Source of the DNA: Candidatus Aenigmatarchaeota archaeon
GTDB taxonomy: Archaea > Aenigmatarchaeota > Aenigmatarchaeia > QMZP01
Assembly (NCBI GenBank): GCA_016185435.1
Contig: JACPNN010000004.1
Coordinates: 73,635 to 137,634, forward strand
Length of the DNA stretch: 64,000 nt
Direction: 5' to 3'
A model generated the notes under the pieces. The model ran no database searches and had not been told where the DNA came from. It saw nothing but the letters and a program-made list of their open reading frames with translations. Below, piece by piece: positions 55,414 to 64,000 of this stretch (positions within the stretch are counted from its first letter, which is position 1; every line of letters begins with the position of its first letter). The position numbers and the translations under genes are program-made.

Positions 55414-55633
55414 GGGCCTTTTCTATAGCAGACTTGTCGAAGCCGACGATAATTTTCCCGCCTATATCGATGACAGGAACCCCCATCTGGCGGCTTTTTG
55501 CCATCATCTCAGCCGCAGCTATTGGATTATGCTCCACGTTCAGCTCTTTGTACTCTATGCCCTTCCCTTTAAAAAAATTCTTCGCCATTTTGCAGTAAGG
55601 GCATAATGTTGTTGTATAGATTTTCACTTCCAT
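55394..55633 (-). CDS. grx: Glutaredoxin (copy 1)
   Basis: MEVKIYTTTLCPYCKMAKNFF... CPYC active site. Start set at ATG 55633; the ORF-track start at 55642 is a GTG. Confidence 0.8.
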   Translation of the reverse strand: MEVKIYTTTLCPYCKMAKNFFKGKGIEYKELNVEHNPIAAAEMMAKSRQMGVPVIDIGGKIIVGFDKSAIEKALGLKGG

Positions 55634-55928
55634 GATACTCACCAGTTATGATTGAACGCAGGCTGATATTAATCTGATGTTTATGCATCAAAACTCGTGT
55701 TTAACTACACTTTCTTGTAGACTGATATAATAATCCTGACAATGACAGGAACTAAATATTTTCGCTTGTAATCAGCATGCTGCAAGATAGGCACTACATT
55801 GAGGTAAAGCTATCGTTTTTTGCTTTGATTTTGGGTAGAAACCAATCAGAAGGTATATTTAACTTACTTGTAAATCCAGTATCGGGATAAAATTGCACAA
55901 CCCCTCCCAGCTTTAGGTGGTATGCAAG

Positions 55929-56084
55929 CTAATGCACAGCATGTTTGGTAATTTCTATGTTGCAGCTGCTGTGTTTGGAGCACCAGGCCTCGCACTTTTG
56001 CGCCCATGATTCCTCTTTATAGGCAAAGCCGCATGCATCGCACACATATAAAACATTTCCCGCTTTCCTGTTCGCCTTCACCAT
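55929..56084 (-). CDS. Small zinc-ribbon protein (51 aa)
   Basis: MVKANRKAGNVLYVCDACGFAYKEESWAQKCEAWCSKHSSCNIEITKHAVH, a CxxC...CxxxC arrangement. Sits upstream of the ALDH gene on the same strand. Too short for the ORF track. Confidence 0.3.
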   Translation of the reverse strand: MVKANRKAGNVLYVCDACGFAYKEESWAQKCEAWCSKHSSCNIEITKHAVH

Positions 56085-56105
56085 ATGAAACCCCTATCTA
56101 CTTCT

Positions 56106-57596
56106 CTATTTTCCAGCATACACGACTGAATGCCAGTCCTTAATAGCCTTTCCTGTCAAGTCAATATACACATGCTTTGTGCGCGTGTATTCATCGAAGG
56201 AATAGATAGACAAATCCTTTCCGAAACCCGACTGTTTGAAGCCTCCGTGGGGCATTTCCGAGGTCAATATGCCATGCTCGTTTATCCACACAGTTCCGAA
56301 ATCAAGCTCGTTTGCGGCCTTCATGCAGGAGGTTATATCCCTGCCATAAACAGAGGCAGCAAGCCCGTAGTCAACATCATTTGCCTTTTCTATCGCCTCA
56401 TCCAGTTTGCTGTAGCTGTATGCTACAATTACAGGGCCGAATATCTCCTCCCTGCACACTGCCATATCCTGCTCCGCATCCCTGAGTATGGTGGGCTCGA
56501 GGTAAAATCCCTTCTTCAGGCCTGCCGGCCTTTTCCCTCCTGCAACAATCCTGGCCCCCTCCTCTAAACCTTTCCTTATGAAGGCTTCAACCCTTTCGCG
56601 CTGCCTTGCTGATATCAGCGGCCCCATGTCTGTTTTTGCATTGAGAGGGTCACCGACAACAAACCTGCGGGCCTTCTGGGCCATTCTCCTAATGGTTTTT
56701 TCATAGAGATCTTCGTGAATTATCACGCGCGTGACTGCTGTGCAGTCCTGCCCCGTGTTCCAGTATCCGCCAATTACAGCGCCCTGTGCAACAGCTTCAA
56801 TATCCGCATCCGGCAACACTATCATGGGGGCCTTGCCGCCCAGTTCCAAGTGAATGCGCTTAATGCTCGCTGAAGCCATTTGCACCACCCTCTTGCCTGT
56901 CTCTGTATCTCCTGTCAGCGCAATCATATCCACCTTCCTGCTCATGGCAATCTCGCTGCCTATAACACCCCCCGGACCTGTGACAACATTAAGCGCCCCC
57001 TTCGGGACACCTGCCTTTGCCGCAAGTTTTGCGAATTCGAGAAGGGTAAGAGGCGTGTAGCTTGCGGGCTTGACCACAAGAGTATTGCCTGCAGCAAGAG
57101 CAGGGGCTATTTTCCATACAGCAATGTAGAGCGGGTAGTTCCACGGGATAATGCAGCCTATTACGCCTAAGGGTTCCCTCCTTATTATGCTGGTTCCCAT
57201 GCCGGAATATTCAGCTGCAGCCTTTCCTTCAAGGCTTCTTGCTGCGCCGGCGAAGAACTTCAGGTTGTCTATTATAAAAGGCAGGTCTGAATCCCTGCTG
57301 TATTTCAGGGTTTTGCCGACGTTAAGCGATTCGAGTTTTGCAAGCTTGTCTGCATTGCTTACAACAAGCTCCGCAAGCCTGTAGAGGACTGCCGACCTCT
57401 CCGCAGGCGTTTTGCCGCTCCATATCCCTGAATCAAAGGCCTTTCTTGCGGCATCAATAGAGCGCCTCGCATCCTCAACAGTCCCCTTTGGAACCTTTGC
57501 TATAACATCCTCTGTTGCGGGGTTTAGCACATCAAAGGTTTCGCCAGAGGAAGAGCCAGACCAAACGCCGTCAATATACATGCCATATTCTGCCAT
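56106..57596 (-). CDS. NAD(P)-dependent aldehyde dehydrogenase
   Basis: 496 aa. ELGGK(A/S)P and catalytic Cys region (TGQDCTAVTRV). Confidence 0.85.
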   Translation of the reverse strand: MAEYGMYIDGVWSGSSSGETFDVLNPATEDVIAKVPKGTVEDARRSIDAARKAFDSGIWSGKTPAERSAVLYRLAELVVSNADKLAKLESLNVGKTLKYSRDSDLPFIIDNLKFFAGAARSLEGKAAAEYSGMGTSIIRREPLGVIGCIIPWNYPLYIAVWKIAPALAAGNTLVVKPASYTPLTLLEFAKLAAKAGVPKGALNVVTGPGGVIGSEIAMSRKVDMIALTGDTETGKRVVQMASASIKRIHLELGGKAPMIVLPDADIEAVAQGAVIGGYWNTGQDCTAVTRVIIHEDLYEKTIRRMAQKARRFVVGDPLNAKTDMGPLISARQRERVEAFIRKGLEEGARIVAGGKRPAGLKKGFYLEPTILRDAEQDMAVCREEIFGPVIVAYSYSKLDEAIEKANDVDYGLAASVYGRDITSCMKAANELDFGTVWINEHGILTSEMPHGGFKQSGFGKDLSIYSFDEYTRTKHVYIDLTGKAIKDWHSVVYAGK

Positions 57597-57626
57597 ACAT
57601 ATTTTAAGCTGCAGGATAATAAAAAC

Positions 57627-58787
57627 ATGTCGTTTAATATGAAAATCGCTGTTTTGGGCGGCTACGGAGAGATGGGAAAAACAGCCGTCCGCGATCTTGC
57701 CGAGACCTTTGATGGCAGGATCATAGTCGCCGGGAGGGATTATAAAAAGGCTGCTGCTTTTGCGCGGTCGCTTAAAACCGGAAATGCATTTCCGGCAAGG
57801 GCAGATGCCGCAGATGTAAAGGGCCTTGCGGCGCTTATAAAAGGCTGCGATGTTGTTGTTAACTGCGCGCAGTATTATTTCAATCTGAATGTCATGGAAG
57901 CAGCTCTATCTGCCGGAGCAAACTATATTGATCTCGGGGGGCTTTTCCACACGACAAAAAAACAGCTGAGGCTGCATAAAAAATTTGCGAAGAAAAATCT
58001 CGTCGCTGTTCTGGGGTGCGGCTCAACGCCCGGGATAACCAATGTGATGGCCGCTTACGGGGCAGAGAGGTTTGAGCTGGTGGAGGGGATAAAGGTAAGG
58101 TTTGGAGGAGCAGACTATACGGATTACGGTGACATGCCAATTGTTGTCCCTTACTCCATGCAGACCATATTTGATGAGTTCACAATGGAGCCTGCTGTGC
58201 TAAAGAACGGGAGGATAAGGATGGTAGAGCCAATGTATGGCAGAGAGTTATATGATTTCCCGCAGCCAATAGGAAGAAAGCGCTGTTTTGCCACCCTGCA
58301 TTCCGAGCTTGCGACATTCCCTTCATCTTTCAAAGGCCTCAAGAGTTGCGCATTCAAGCTTGCCTTCCCCGCAGATTTTGTATCAAAGGTGAAGTTCCTC
58401 GTGGATGCGGGGTTTGCTTCGACTGAGAAAATAGCAGCCGGCTCTGCGATAACCCCAAGGGAGGTTTCAATAAGGCTACTCAACCGCTTCCTGCCCCCGC
58501 CTCACATAAAAGTGAGGGATGAGGAAATGCTTGTGGTTGATATGGCCGGAAAAGCAGGGGGCAGAAGGAAGAGGGTGAGGGTGGTTTGCCATGCGAAATC
58601 CAGCGAGAAGTGGAATGTTTCCGCAGGGGCTGTGGATACTGGCGTGCCGCCGTCAATAATTGCCCAGATGGTTGCGGCAGGCAGGGTAAAGCGCAAAGGC
58701 GTTCTGCCTCCTGAGCTGTGCATCGAGCCGGAGCCTTTTTTCAGGGAACTGAAGAAAAGGGGGATGAAAGTGTTCATCTCAAAGTAG
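57627..58787 (+). CDS. Saccharopine dehydrogenase-like NAD(P)-binding oxidoreductase
   Basis: N-terminal IAVLGGYGEMGKTAVRDL Rossmann motif and C-terminal Sacchrp_dh-like region. Confidence 0.7.
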   Translation: MSFNMKIAVLGGYGEMGKTAVRDLAETFDGRIIVAGRDYKKAAAFARSLKTGNAFPARADAADVKGLAALIKGCDVVVNCAQYYFNLNVMEAALSAGANYIDLGGLFHTTKKQLRLHKKFAKKNLVAVLGCGSTPGITNVMAAYGAERFELVEGIKVRFGGADYTDYGDMPIVVPYSMQTIFDEFTMEPAVLKNGRIRMVEPMYGRELYDFPQPIGRKRCFATLHSELATFPSSFKGLKSCAFKLAFPADFVSKVKFLVDAGFASTEKIAAGSAITPREVSIRLLNRFLPPPHIKVRDEEMLVVDMAGKAGGRRKRVRVVCHAKSSEKWNVSAGAVDTGVPPSIIAQMVAAGRVKRKGVLPPELCIEPEPFFRELKKRGMKVFISK

Positions 58788-60207
58788 CCAGCTTCTTCCT
58801 TATTTCATCATATGCGGCAATGCAGCAGTCGCCGTAGGCTGCGACTGTTTTCTCAATCTCCCTCTTTCCATGAGAGAAGGAAAGAAACAGCGGCTCCTCT
58901 ATATCTGCATCCGTAAGCACCCCGCGTTTCATCAGTTCTGTCTGCAGAAGAGGGTATAATGTAAGCTCGCAGTGCTCCAAATCCCTCCATTCCCTTATCT
59001 CTTCTTTCTTTGTGAAGGCTATCTGGAACATTGCAGGTATGCCGTTTATCAGGTGCGGAATACTGCGGTCTTCCAGTGCTTCATCCAAGCCGTTCATCAG
59101 CCTTTTTCCTGCGCTGTTTATATGGTCATGCACCCTGCGCTTTATGAGCTCCCTAATGGTTGTATCAGCCGCTGCAAGCGATACAGGATTGCTTGAATAT
59201 GTGCCTCCGTGCGCCACCATCCCCGGCCCCACAAGCTCCATATACTCCTTCTTCCCCACTATCGCAGAGATCGGAAACCCGTTACCCAATGCTTTCGCAA
59301 AGGTTGCAATGTCAGGCTTCACCCTGAAAAGCTCCTGCGCTCCTCCCAGAGCTGCCCTGAAGCCGGTTTTCACTTCATCGAAAATCAGAAGCATATCATG
59401 CCTGTCGCAGAGCTCTCTCAAGTGCTTCAAATATCCTTCCTTGGGCATGATTGCCGCAGCATTCCCCATTATCGGCTCCGTGATTATCGCAGCCGTATTA
59501 TCCTTGTTTTCCTTCACCGTTTTCTCTATGGCCTCAAAATTATTCCACCTTTCCACAATTACCATATTTTTTATCGCATCTGGAATGCCCAAGGACTGCT
59601 TATGGGGTATTTGGTTGTGCCCCCTTTTTCGAAGCCCGAACGGCGGTTCTGTGGACCAGAGGAGATAATCATGGAGGCCGTGGAAATGGCCTTCGAACTT
59701 TATTATCCTGTCCTTTTTGGTCGCAGCTCTCGCAATCCTGAGCGCATGCATTGTAGCTTCCGTACCTGTGCTTGAGAATCTGGCCATCTCCGCGCATGGT
59801 ATGATGGAGCACAGCTTCTTTGCAACCCTTATCTCAAGCTCGTGCCCTGCGGCATATGCTGTGCCCAGATGCTCTGCGCTGTGAACGCTTTTTGACACAG
59901 CTTCATAATCATGGCCCAAAATTACAGGGCCGTAACCCAGCCTGTAGTCTATGTACCTGTTGCCGTCAACGTCCCACAAATAAGCGCCTTTTGCTCTGGA
60001 TACATAAAGGGAGCATGGGAGTCCCGGAGGGCATATCCCTGATCTCCACACCCGTGCATTGGAGCTCACGCCTGCAGGCAGATATTTCATGGCCTCTTTG
60101 TACATTTTAAGCGACTTTTTGAAGCCCTTGTACTGCGCCATATAAGAAATTGTTCGGCCAATATTAATGCTTTCCTCAATATTCTCTCTTTCACTTTCCT
60201 TTACCAT
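58774..60207 (-). CDS. Class III (omega) aminotransferase, PLP-dependent
   Basis: 477 aa. The DEVKTGFR PLP-lysine motif is characteristic of class III transaminases. Confidence 0.85.
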   Translation of the reverse strand: MVKESERENIEESINIGRTISYMAQYKGFKKSLKMYKEAMKYLPAGVSSNARVWRSGICPPGLPCSLYVSRAKGAYLWDVDGNRYIDYRLGYGPVILGHDYEAVSKSVHSAEHLGTAYAAGHELEIRVAKKLCSIIPCAEMARFSSTGTEATMHALRIARAATKKDRIIKFEGHFHGLHDYLLWSTEPPFGLRKRGHNQIPHKQSLGIPDAIKNMVIVERWNNFEAIEKTVKENKDNTAAIITEPIMGNAAAIMPKEGYLKHLRELCDRHDMLLIFDEVKTGFRAALGGAQELFRVKPDIATFAKALGNGFPISAIVGKKEYMELVGPGMVAHGGTYSSNPVSLAAADTTIRELIKRRVHDHINSAGKRLMNGLDEALEDRSIPHLINGIPAMFQIAFTKKEEIREWRDLEHCELTLYPLLQTELMKRGVLTDADIEEPLFLSFSHGKREIEKTVAAYGDCCIAAYDEIRKKLATLR

Positions 60208-61231
60208 ATTGTATTATGGATTTTTCAAATTCCTCATCATTGCATGCACATATAAATTCGTTTTCATTCACATATCTGTATGCTGAATAAACAGCAGCCA
60301 CAGCCTCGCCTACGCCTGTAATTGCCTGCTTAAATTCCATATCGGCAACATCGCCTGCCGCGAATATTCCAGGCAGATTTGCCTCTGCTTTTCTGTTAAT
60401 GACGATTTCCATCTTTGAATTGGTTGCTATGCCGAGTGATTGCGCCAACTGGCTGTTAGGGATCATCCCTATCTCTACAAATACCGCATCTATCATAAAT
60501 TTTTTGCTGCCACTGTATTCCCTGTCCAATATGACATATTCAACCCTGCCAGCCCCATGAATTTCGTTTACATTGGTGTTGTTTATTATTTCTATCTTGC
60601 CCTCACTGATTTTCTGCTCTACTCGCCTCATGTTGACAGGCTCGGCCCTTATCTTCTCACCCCGGTAAACTATATACACCTTTTTTGCCCATTTTGCAAG
60701 CACCAGCGCTTCCTTTGCCGCGCTGTCAGAGCCGCCAACAACCGCCACGGTTTTCTCTTTGTATATTGGGCCGTCGCAGAGCGCGCAGGAGTGCACGCCT
60801 TTGTTTGCAAATTCCTTTTCTCCCGGAATTCCAAGCTCCCTGTGTTTTGCGCCGGTTGCAAATAAGATTGTCTTTGCATGGAAGCTCTGGCTTTCCGTGA
60901 AAATGGAATAGCACGATTCGCTGCATTTAACTATTTTTATCGCCTTCTCTTCCACAAGGTTTGCACCATAATCCATTGCATGCTCCTGAATATTGTCTGC
61001 CAGTTCTTGTCCTGTAAGTCTCTTGAAGCCAGGATAGTTTTCCACGACATCTGTCAGGATTATAGTCCCGCCTGTCATTTCCGAAAGCACAAGAGTTTTC
61101 ATGCCCAGCCTGCCGGCATACATAGCGCCTGCAAAGCCTACAACCCCTCCGCCGATAATGGCGATGTCATACGCTATGTGTTCGTGATCCATGGAAATAC
61201 CACCTTCAAAAAACTCCCGAAAATTTTGCAA
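60191..61231 (-). CDS. trxB: Thioredoxin-disulfide reductase-like FAD/NAD(P) flavoprotein
   Basis: FAD motif IIGGGVVGFAGAMYAG, redox-active CALC (HSCALCDGP), NAD(P) motif VVGGSDSAAKEAL. Confidence 0.8.
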   Translation of the reverse strand: MQNFREFFEGGISMDHEHIAYDIAIIGGGVVGFAGAMYAGRLGMKTLVLSEMTGGTIILTDVVENYPGFKRLTGQELADNIQEHAMDYGANLVEEKAIKIVKCSESCYSIFTESQSFHAKTILFATGAKHRELGIPGEKEFANKGVHSCALCDGPIYKEKTVAVVGGSDSAAKEALVLAKWAKKVYIVYRGEKIRAEPVNMRRVEQKISEGKIEIINNTNVNEIHGAGRVEYVILDREYSGSKKFMIDAVFVEIGMIPNSQLAQSLGIATNSKMEIVINRKAEANLPGIFAAGDVADMEFKQAITGVGEAVAAVYSAYRYVNENEFICACNDEEFEKSIIQYGKGK

Positions 61232-61326
61232 TTACAGCTATTAAGGCAATTGCGATCATTCCAATCATCAGCTTGTCGTGCATGCACATGCCTTCATGCT
61301 CTTTGCAGCTGTTCATGGGGCATATC

Positions 61327-62316
61327 TTAGCCATATTTCACACCTCCATTTGCATTCCGCAGAATCTCTAATTCTTTTTGTATTTCTGCAATCATATGTT
61401 CAGTCATCTCCGGTAACCCATAGCGGTGGTTCCATCCCCATTGATCGCGTGCAGACGAATCATCAATGCTATTCGGCCATGAATCTGCGACTCTTTGCTT
61501 GAGATCATCTATCTTGTAATCTGTTTTGAAGCGGGGGATATGTTTTCTTATCTCCTCAGCCAGCTCTTCTGGGGTAAAACTCATCGCTGAAAGGTTGTAG
61601 CTTGTCCTTACCTTTATATCTTCCTTCGGCGCTTTCATAATCTCCAGCGCAGCTCTTGTTGCATCACGCATATCCATCATGGGCAGCTCTGTGTCGTGCC
61701 TCAGGGGGGAAGCATAATGCTCTCCCCTGACGGCTGCATAAATCATTTCAATCGCATACTCTGTTGTCCCAGGCCCTGGCTTTCCAGGAGTAAGCAGTCC
61801 AGGATAGCGTACGCTTCTCCCGTCTACTTCAAATTCGTCAAAAAATTGATTAAGAAGTTTTTCCCCTTCAACCTTGTTCCTGCCATATTCGAATTCCGGA
61901 TCCAAGGGAGCGTTTTGCGGCGTATTATGTTTCGGTGCGCTTGAACCAAAGACAGCGATAGAGCTGGGCCAGAACACCCTCATATCATACTCCCTGGCAA
62001 CATCAAGAACATTTTTCAGGCCGCCCATATTCACGCGTCTGGCGCGTTCCGGATCCTTTTCAGCCGCTATTGACAAGAGCGCAGCAAGGTGATAGATTTC
62101 ACCGTCATCCAAATCATGCTCCTCAACAACCGATATCAATCTTTCCTTGTCATACACATCGACTTGTGCCGATAAAGAGCCATCCGGAAGTCCGGTCAAT
62201 GGGGTTCTGTTATAGCCTGCTATGACCATCTGGGATCCATGCTGCGCATACAGCGCTTTCAATAAATTCCGCCCGATTGCGCCAGCTCCGCCGGTCACTA
62301 AAATATTTTTCATCAA
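61327..62316 (-). CDS. Extended-SDR NAD-dependent epimerase/dehydratase family, L-threonine 3-dehydrogenase-like
   Basis: ILVTGGAGAIGRNLLKAL Rossmann motif. The C-terminal ADSWP..DDS.AR..WGW resembles the C-terminus of SDR-type threonine dehydrogenases. Confidence 0.65.
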   Translation of the reverse strand: MMKNILVTGGAGAIGRNLLKALYAQHGSQMVIAGYNRTPLTGLPDGSLSAQVDVYDKERLISVVEEHDLDDGEIYHLAALLSIAAEKDPERARRVNMGGLKNVLDVAREYDMRVFWPSSIAVFGSSAPKHNTPQNAPLDPEFEYGRNKVEGEKLLNQFFDEFEVDGRSVRYPGLLTPGKPGPGTTEYAIEMIYAAVRGEHYASPLRHDTELPMMDMRDATRAALEIMKAPKEDIKVRTSYNLSAMSFTPEELAEEIRKHIPRFKTDYKIDDLKQRVADSWPNSIDDSSARDQWGWNHRYGLPEMTEHMIAEIQKELEILRNANGGVKYG

Positions 62317-62567
62317 ATCGCCTCGCTGTTTTGAGGCTCTGAAGCAAGCGCTTTTTCTATGGCTTGCCTGTCAAAGCCCACGATTATCTTGCCGTTTATG
62401 TCCAAGACTGGAACCCCCATCTGGTTGCTTTTCGCCGCCATCTCTTTTGCTGCGCTGGCATCGCTCTCAACATTGAATTCTTCATATGCGACGCCTTTTT
62501 TGCGCAACAAATTCTTAGCCATTTTGCAGTAAGGGCATAATGTTGTTGTATAGATTTTCACTTCCAT
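62313..62567 (-). CDS. grx: Glutaredoxin (copy 2), paralog of 55394..55633
   Basis: MEVKIYTTTLCPYCKMAKNLL...; the N-terminus and about 100 bp of upstream sequence are nearly identical to copy 1. Confidence 0.8.
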   Translation of the reverse strand: MEVKIYTTTLCPYCKMAKNLLRKKGVAYEEFNVESDASAAKEMAAKSNQMGVPVLDINGKIIVGFDRQAIEKALASEPQNSEAI

Positions 62568-63303
62568 GATACTCACCAGTTATGATTGAACGCAGGGTGA
62601 TATTAATCTGATGTTTATGTGTCAAAAATCATGTTTAACTTAGTTTTAAAGATTCTATAAGGATAAATAGCCGCCCAGGAGAAACAGAAATGATGGAAGT
62701 CGTCTACCCGTGCAAGGACTTTATCAAGCTCTTCCTGAATCCAGATCTTGCCGGAATCGTCTATAAGCCTATCGTCCATGTTAAGTAACCTTTACAACGC
62801 TTCACTCATACAACTCCGCCGGAAACCCTTCTATCCCCAATATGGAATCTTGAAAATAAGCGATCGTTGAAAAAAAATAAGGAGATGACAGGAGATTGGA
62901 TGTAGAAAATTCAAGGGAGAAACAGAAGGCTACAAATGCGATATGTGCGGGGCAGAAGCTGACGAGCACGATACAGATCATGGTTGAGGGAGCAAGCACT
63001 GCATGCCGAAATGCAGGTGCTGATATTTTTCGCAAATTCAGAATTGATTCATATTCTTTTCTGCAAAATATGCAGAACAGGAATTTCCGGTTGCAAGAGG
63101 ATTCAGGGGCCCGCATACGCATATGATGCAGGCCTTCCCTCATCTCCAAACAAAAATAGGGGGCATCAGCAACCGCAGTGGCCTTGGTCATTGGCTCCCT
63201 TTTTCCCTTTCTCCATAGTATCACCTCCAGAAGGATGTTGTGCTCGCAGAATATGTAGCTTCTATCTAAGGGTTAAAGTCTAGTTGTAATTCAAATCAGC
63301 ATC

Positions 63304-63669
63304 CTAGCCTTTTATGAAAACATTGGATTCTGCAAGCCTGAGCAAAGGCACAACAGCCTTCCTTACTTTTTCCCCTTTTGATGTGAGCGAGTACTCTACA
63401 TGTGGAGGCCTTTCCTGAAAGCTCCTGCGCATCACCAAATTGTACTGTTCAAGCTCCCTAAGCCTTTCCGATAATGTCTTCTGGGTCATGCCGATCCTTC
63501 TCCGCAGATCGTTGAATCTCATTGTGCCGAAATTGCCGATAGTAACTATAATGCTCAGGGTCCATTTCTTGCTGAGGAATATGGCAGCCTTTTCCAGCGG
63601 CCTTGGGCAGTAGCCGCTGCCCTTCATACTGCACCCATTGGTTTCTGCCTGTAAACTGGTTTCCCTCAT
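63304..63669 (-). CDS. HxlR-family (DUF24) winged-helix transcriptional regulator
   Basis: CPRPLEKAAIFLSKKWTLSIIVTI...RFNDLRRRIGMTQKTLSERLRELEQYNLV matches the HxlR signature. Start chosen at an internal Met (63669 or 63627); the 210-aa ORF from 63936 is too long for this family. Confidence 0.6.
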   Translation of the reverse strand: MRETSLQAETNGCSMKGSGYCPRPLEKAAIFLSKKWTLSIIVTIGNFGTMRFNDLRRRIGMTQKTLSERLRELEQYNLVMRRSFQERPPHVEYSLTSKGEKVRKAVVPLLRLAESNVFIKG

Positions 63670-63741
63670 GAAACTGTCACCCTTATATCTGATTGATTGA
63701 TAGTATATAAAAGAAACTATTAAAGAAAGTTGGAGGTGACT

Positions 63742-63876
63742 ATGGCAAGAATCAAGGACTGCTGCAGCGGGGGCGTTTGCCCAGAATGCGATTGCTGCAT
63801 TTGCATCTGCACTGAAGATTTGAAGAAAGCCCTTTCGCCTGAAGCAAGAAAGCTGCTGGCTAAAGCCCTGAGTTAG
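63742..63876 (+). CDS. Small Cys-rich peptide (44 aa, 8 Cys)
   Basis: MARIKDCCSGGVCPECDCCICICTEDLKKALSPEARKLLAKALS, with a GGAGGTGA Shine-Dalgarno-like sequence 3 nt upstream. Divergent from the HxlR regulator. Too short for the ORF track. Confidence 0.35.
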   Translation: MARIKDCCSGGVCPECDCCICICTEDLKKALSPEARKLLAKALS

Positions 63877-64000
63877 GCAAAACATATATGGGGATAAAAG
63901 AGGCAATCGAGGGGATGGCATTGATGCTAAGCTCAAGGAAACACCTGGCTGTAGCAGTTGCCACCATGGCGATTATGGTGCTCTTGTCTGTCTATATTCC

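Noticed and set aside
62802-63224. 140-aa minus-strand ORF and 76-aa plus-strand ORF between the grx copy 2 and HxlR genes
   Set aside because: No motifs. The ORFs are mutually overlapping with odd composition. A real small gene is possible here (the plus-strand one has a plausible RBS), but the sequence does not support one.
1-64000. Search for CRISPR arrays, tRNA and rRNA genes
   Set aside because: I saw no regularly spaced 25-40-bp direct repeats with unique spacers. The only recurring motifs are the 4-copy intergenic motif (irregular spacing of 0.6-1.6 kb with genes between) and short promoter repeats. No sequence has tRNA-like conserved D-loop or T-loop elements (GGTTCGAATCC-type) or rRNA-like conservation.

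Overview
The window looks archaeal. Evidence seen in the sequence: a likely nop5-flpA (fibrillarin) operon at the 5' end, an archaeal-type cytidylate kinase, myo-inositol-1-phosphate synthase, an archaeal AAA ATPase (Arch_ATPase/DUF234-like), several class-III-signal-peptide-like proteins, HEPN/MNT and VapBC pairs, and TAG/TGA used as normal stop codons. Gene density is high, both strands are used, and many stop and start codons overlap (ATGA). I found no rRNA, tRNA or CRISPR array.

Housekeeping and metabolic genes: fibrillarin, a DHH/DHHA1 phosphoesterase, cytidylate kinase, inositol-1-phosphate synthase, a Glu/Leu/Phe/Val dehydrogenase, a thymidylate-synthase-like protein with long N- and C-terminal extensions, ornithine carbamoyltransferase plus carbamate kinase, and an aldehyde dehydrogenase / saccharopine-dehydrogenase-like / class-III aminotransferase cluster.

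Accessory modules that interrupt these: (i) a five-gene, translationally coupled operon of N-terminally hydrophobic pilin-like proteins beside a roughly 1000-aa surface protein. (ii) Two very large Pro-rich, CarboxypepD_reg-like proteins in the same frame, separated by a single TAG. (iii) Two VapBC-like pairs and an AAA ATPase. (iv) A 923-bp IS with a DDE(rve) transposase, imperfect terminal inverted repeats and a 16-bp flanking direct repeat. (v) Two HEPN/nucleotidyltransferase modules, one with a frameshifted HEPN gene. (vi) A roughly 3.2-kb stretch where a recurring 25-35-nt motif in four direct copies separates single-gene units, one of them an AT-rich ATPase gene. (vii) A WbpB/WbpE/WbpD-like UDP-sugar modification trio with a GT2 glycosyltransferase and a Cys-rich lamin-tail-domain secreted protein. 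(viii) An extracytoplasmic thiol/metal redox island: a MerT/MerP-like protein, two CcdA-type transmembrane electron conduits (one fused to a YyaL/DUF255-like thioredoxin), a TlpA-like thioredoxin fused to a DUF3179-like domain, CDGSH, two near-identical glutaredoxin paralogs carrying a duplicated promoter, and thioredoxin reductase.

All functional calls rest on motif and domain-level recognition by eye. No database search was run.
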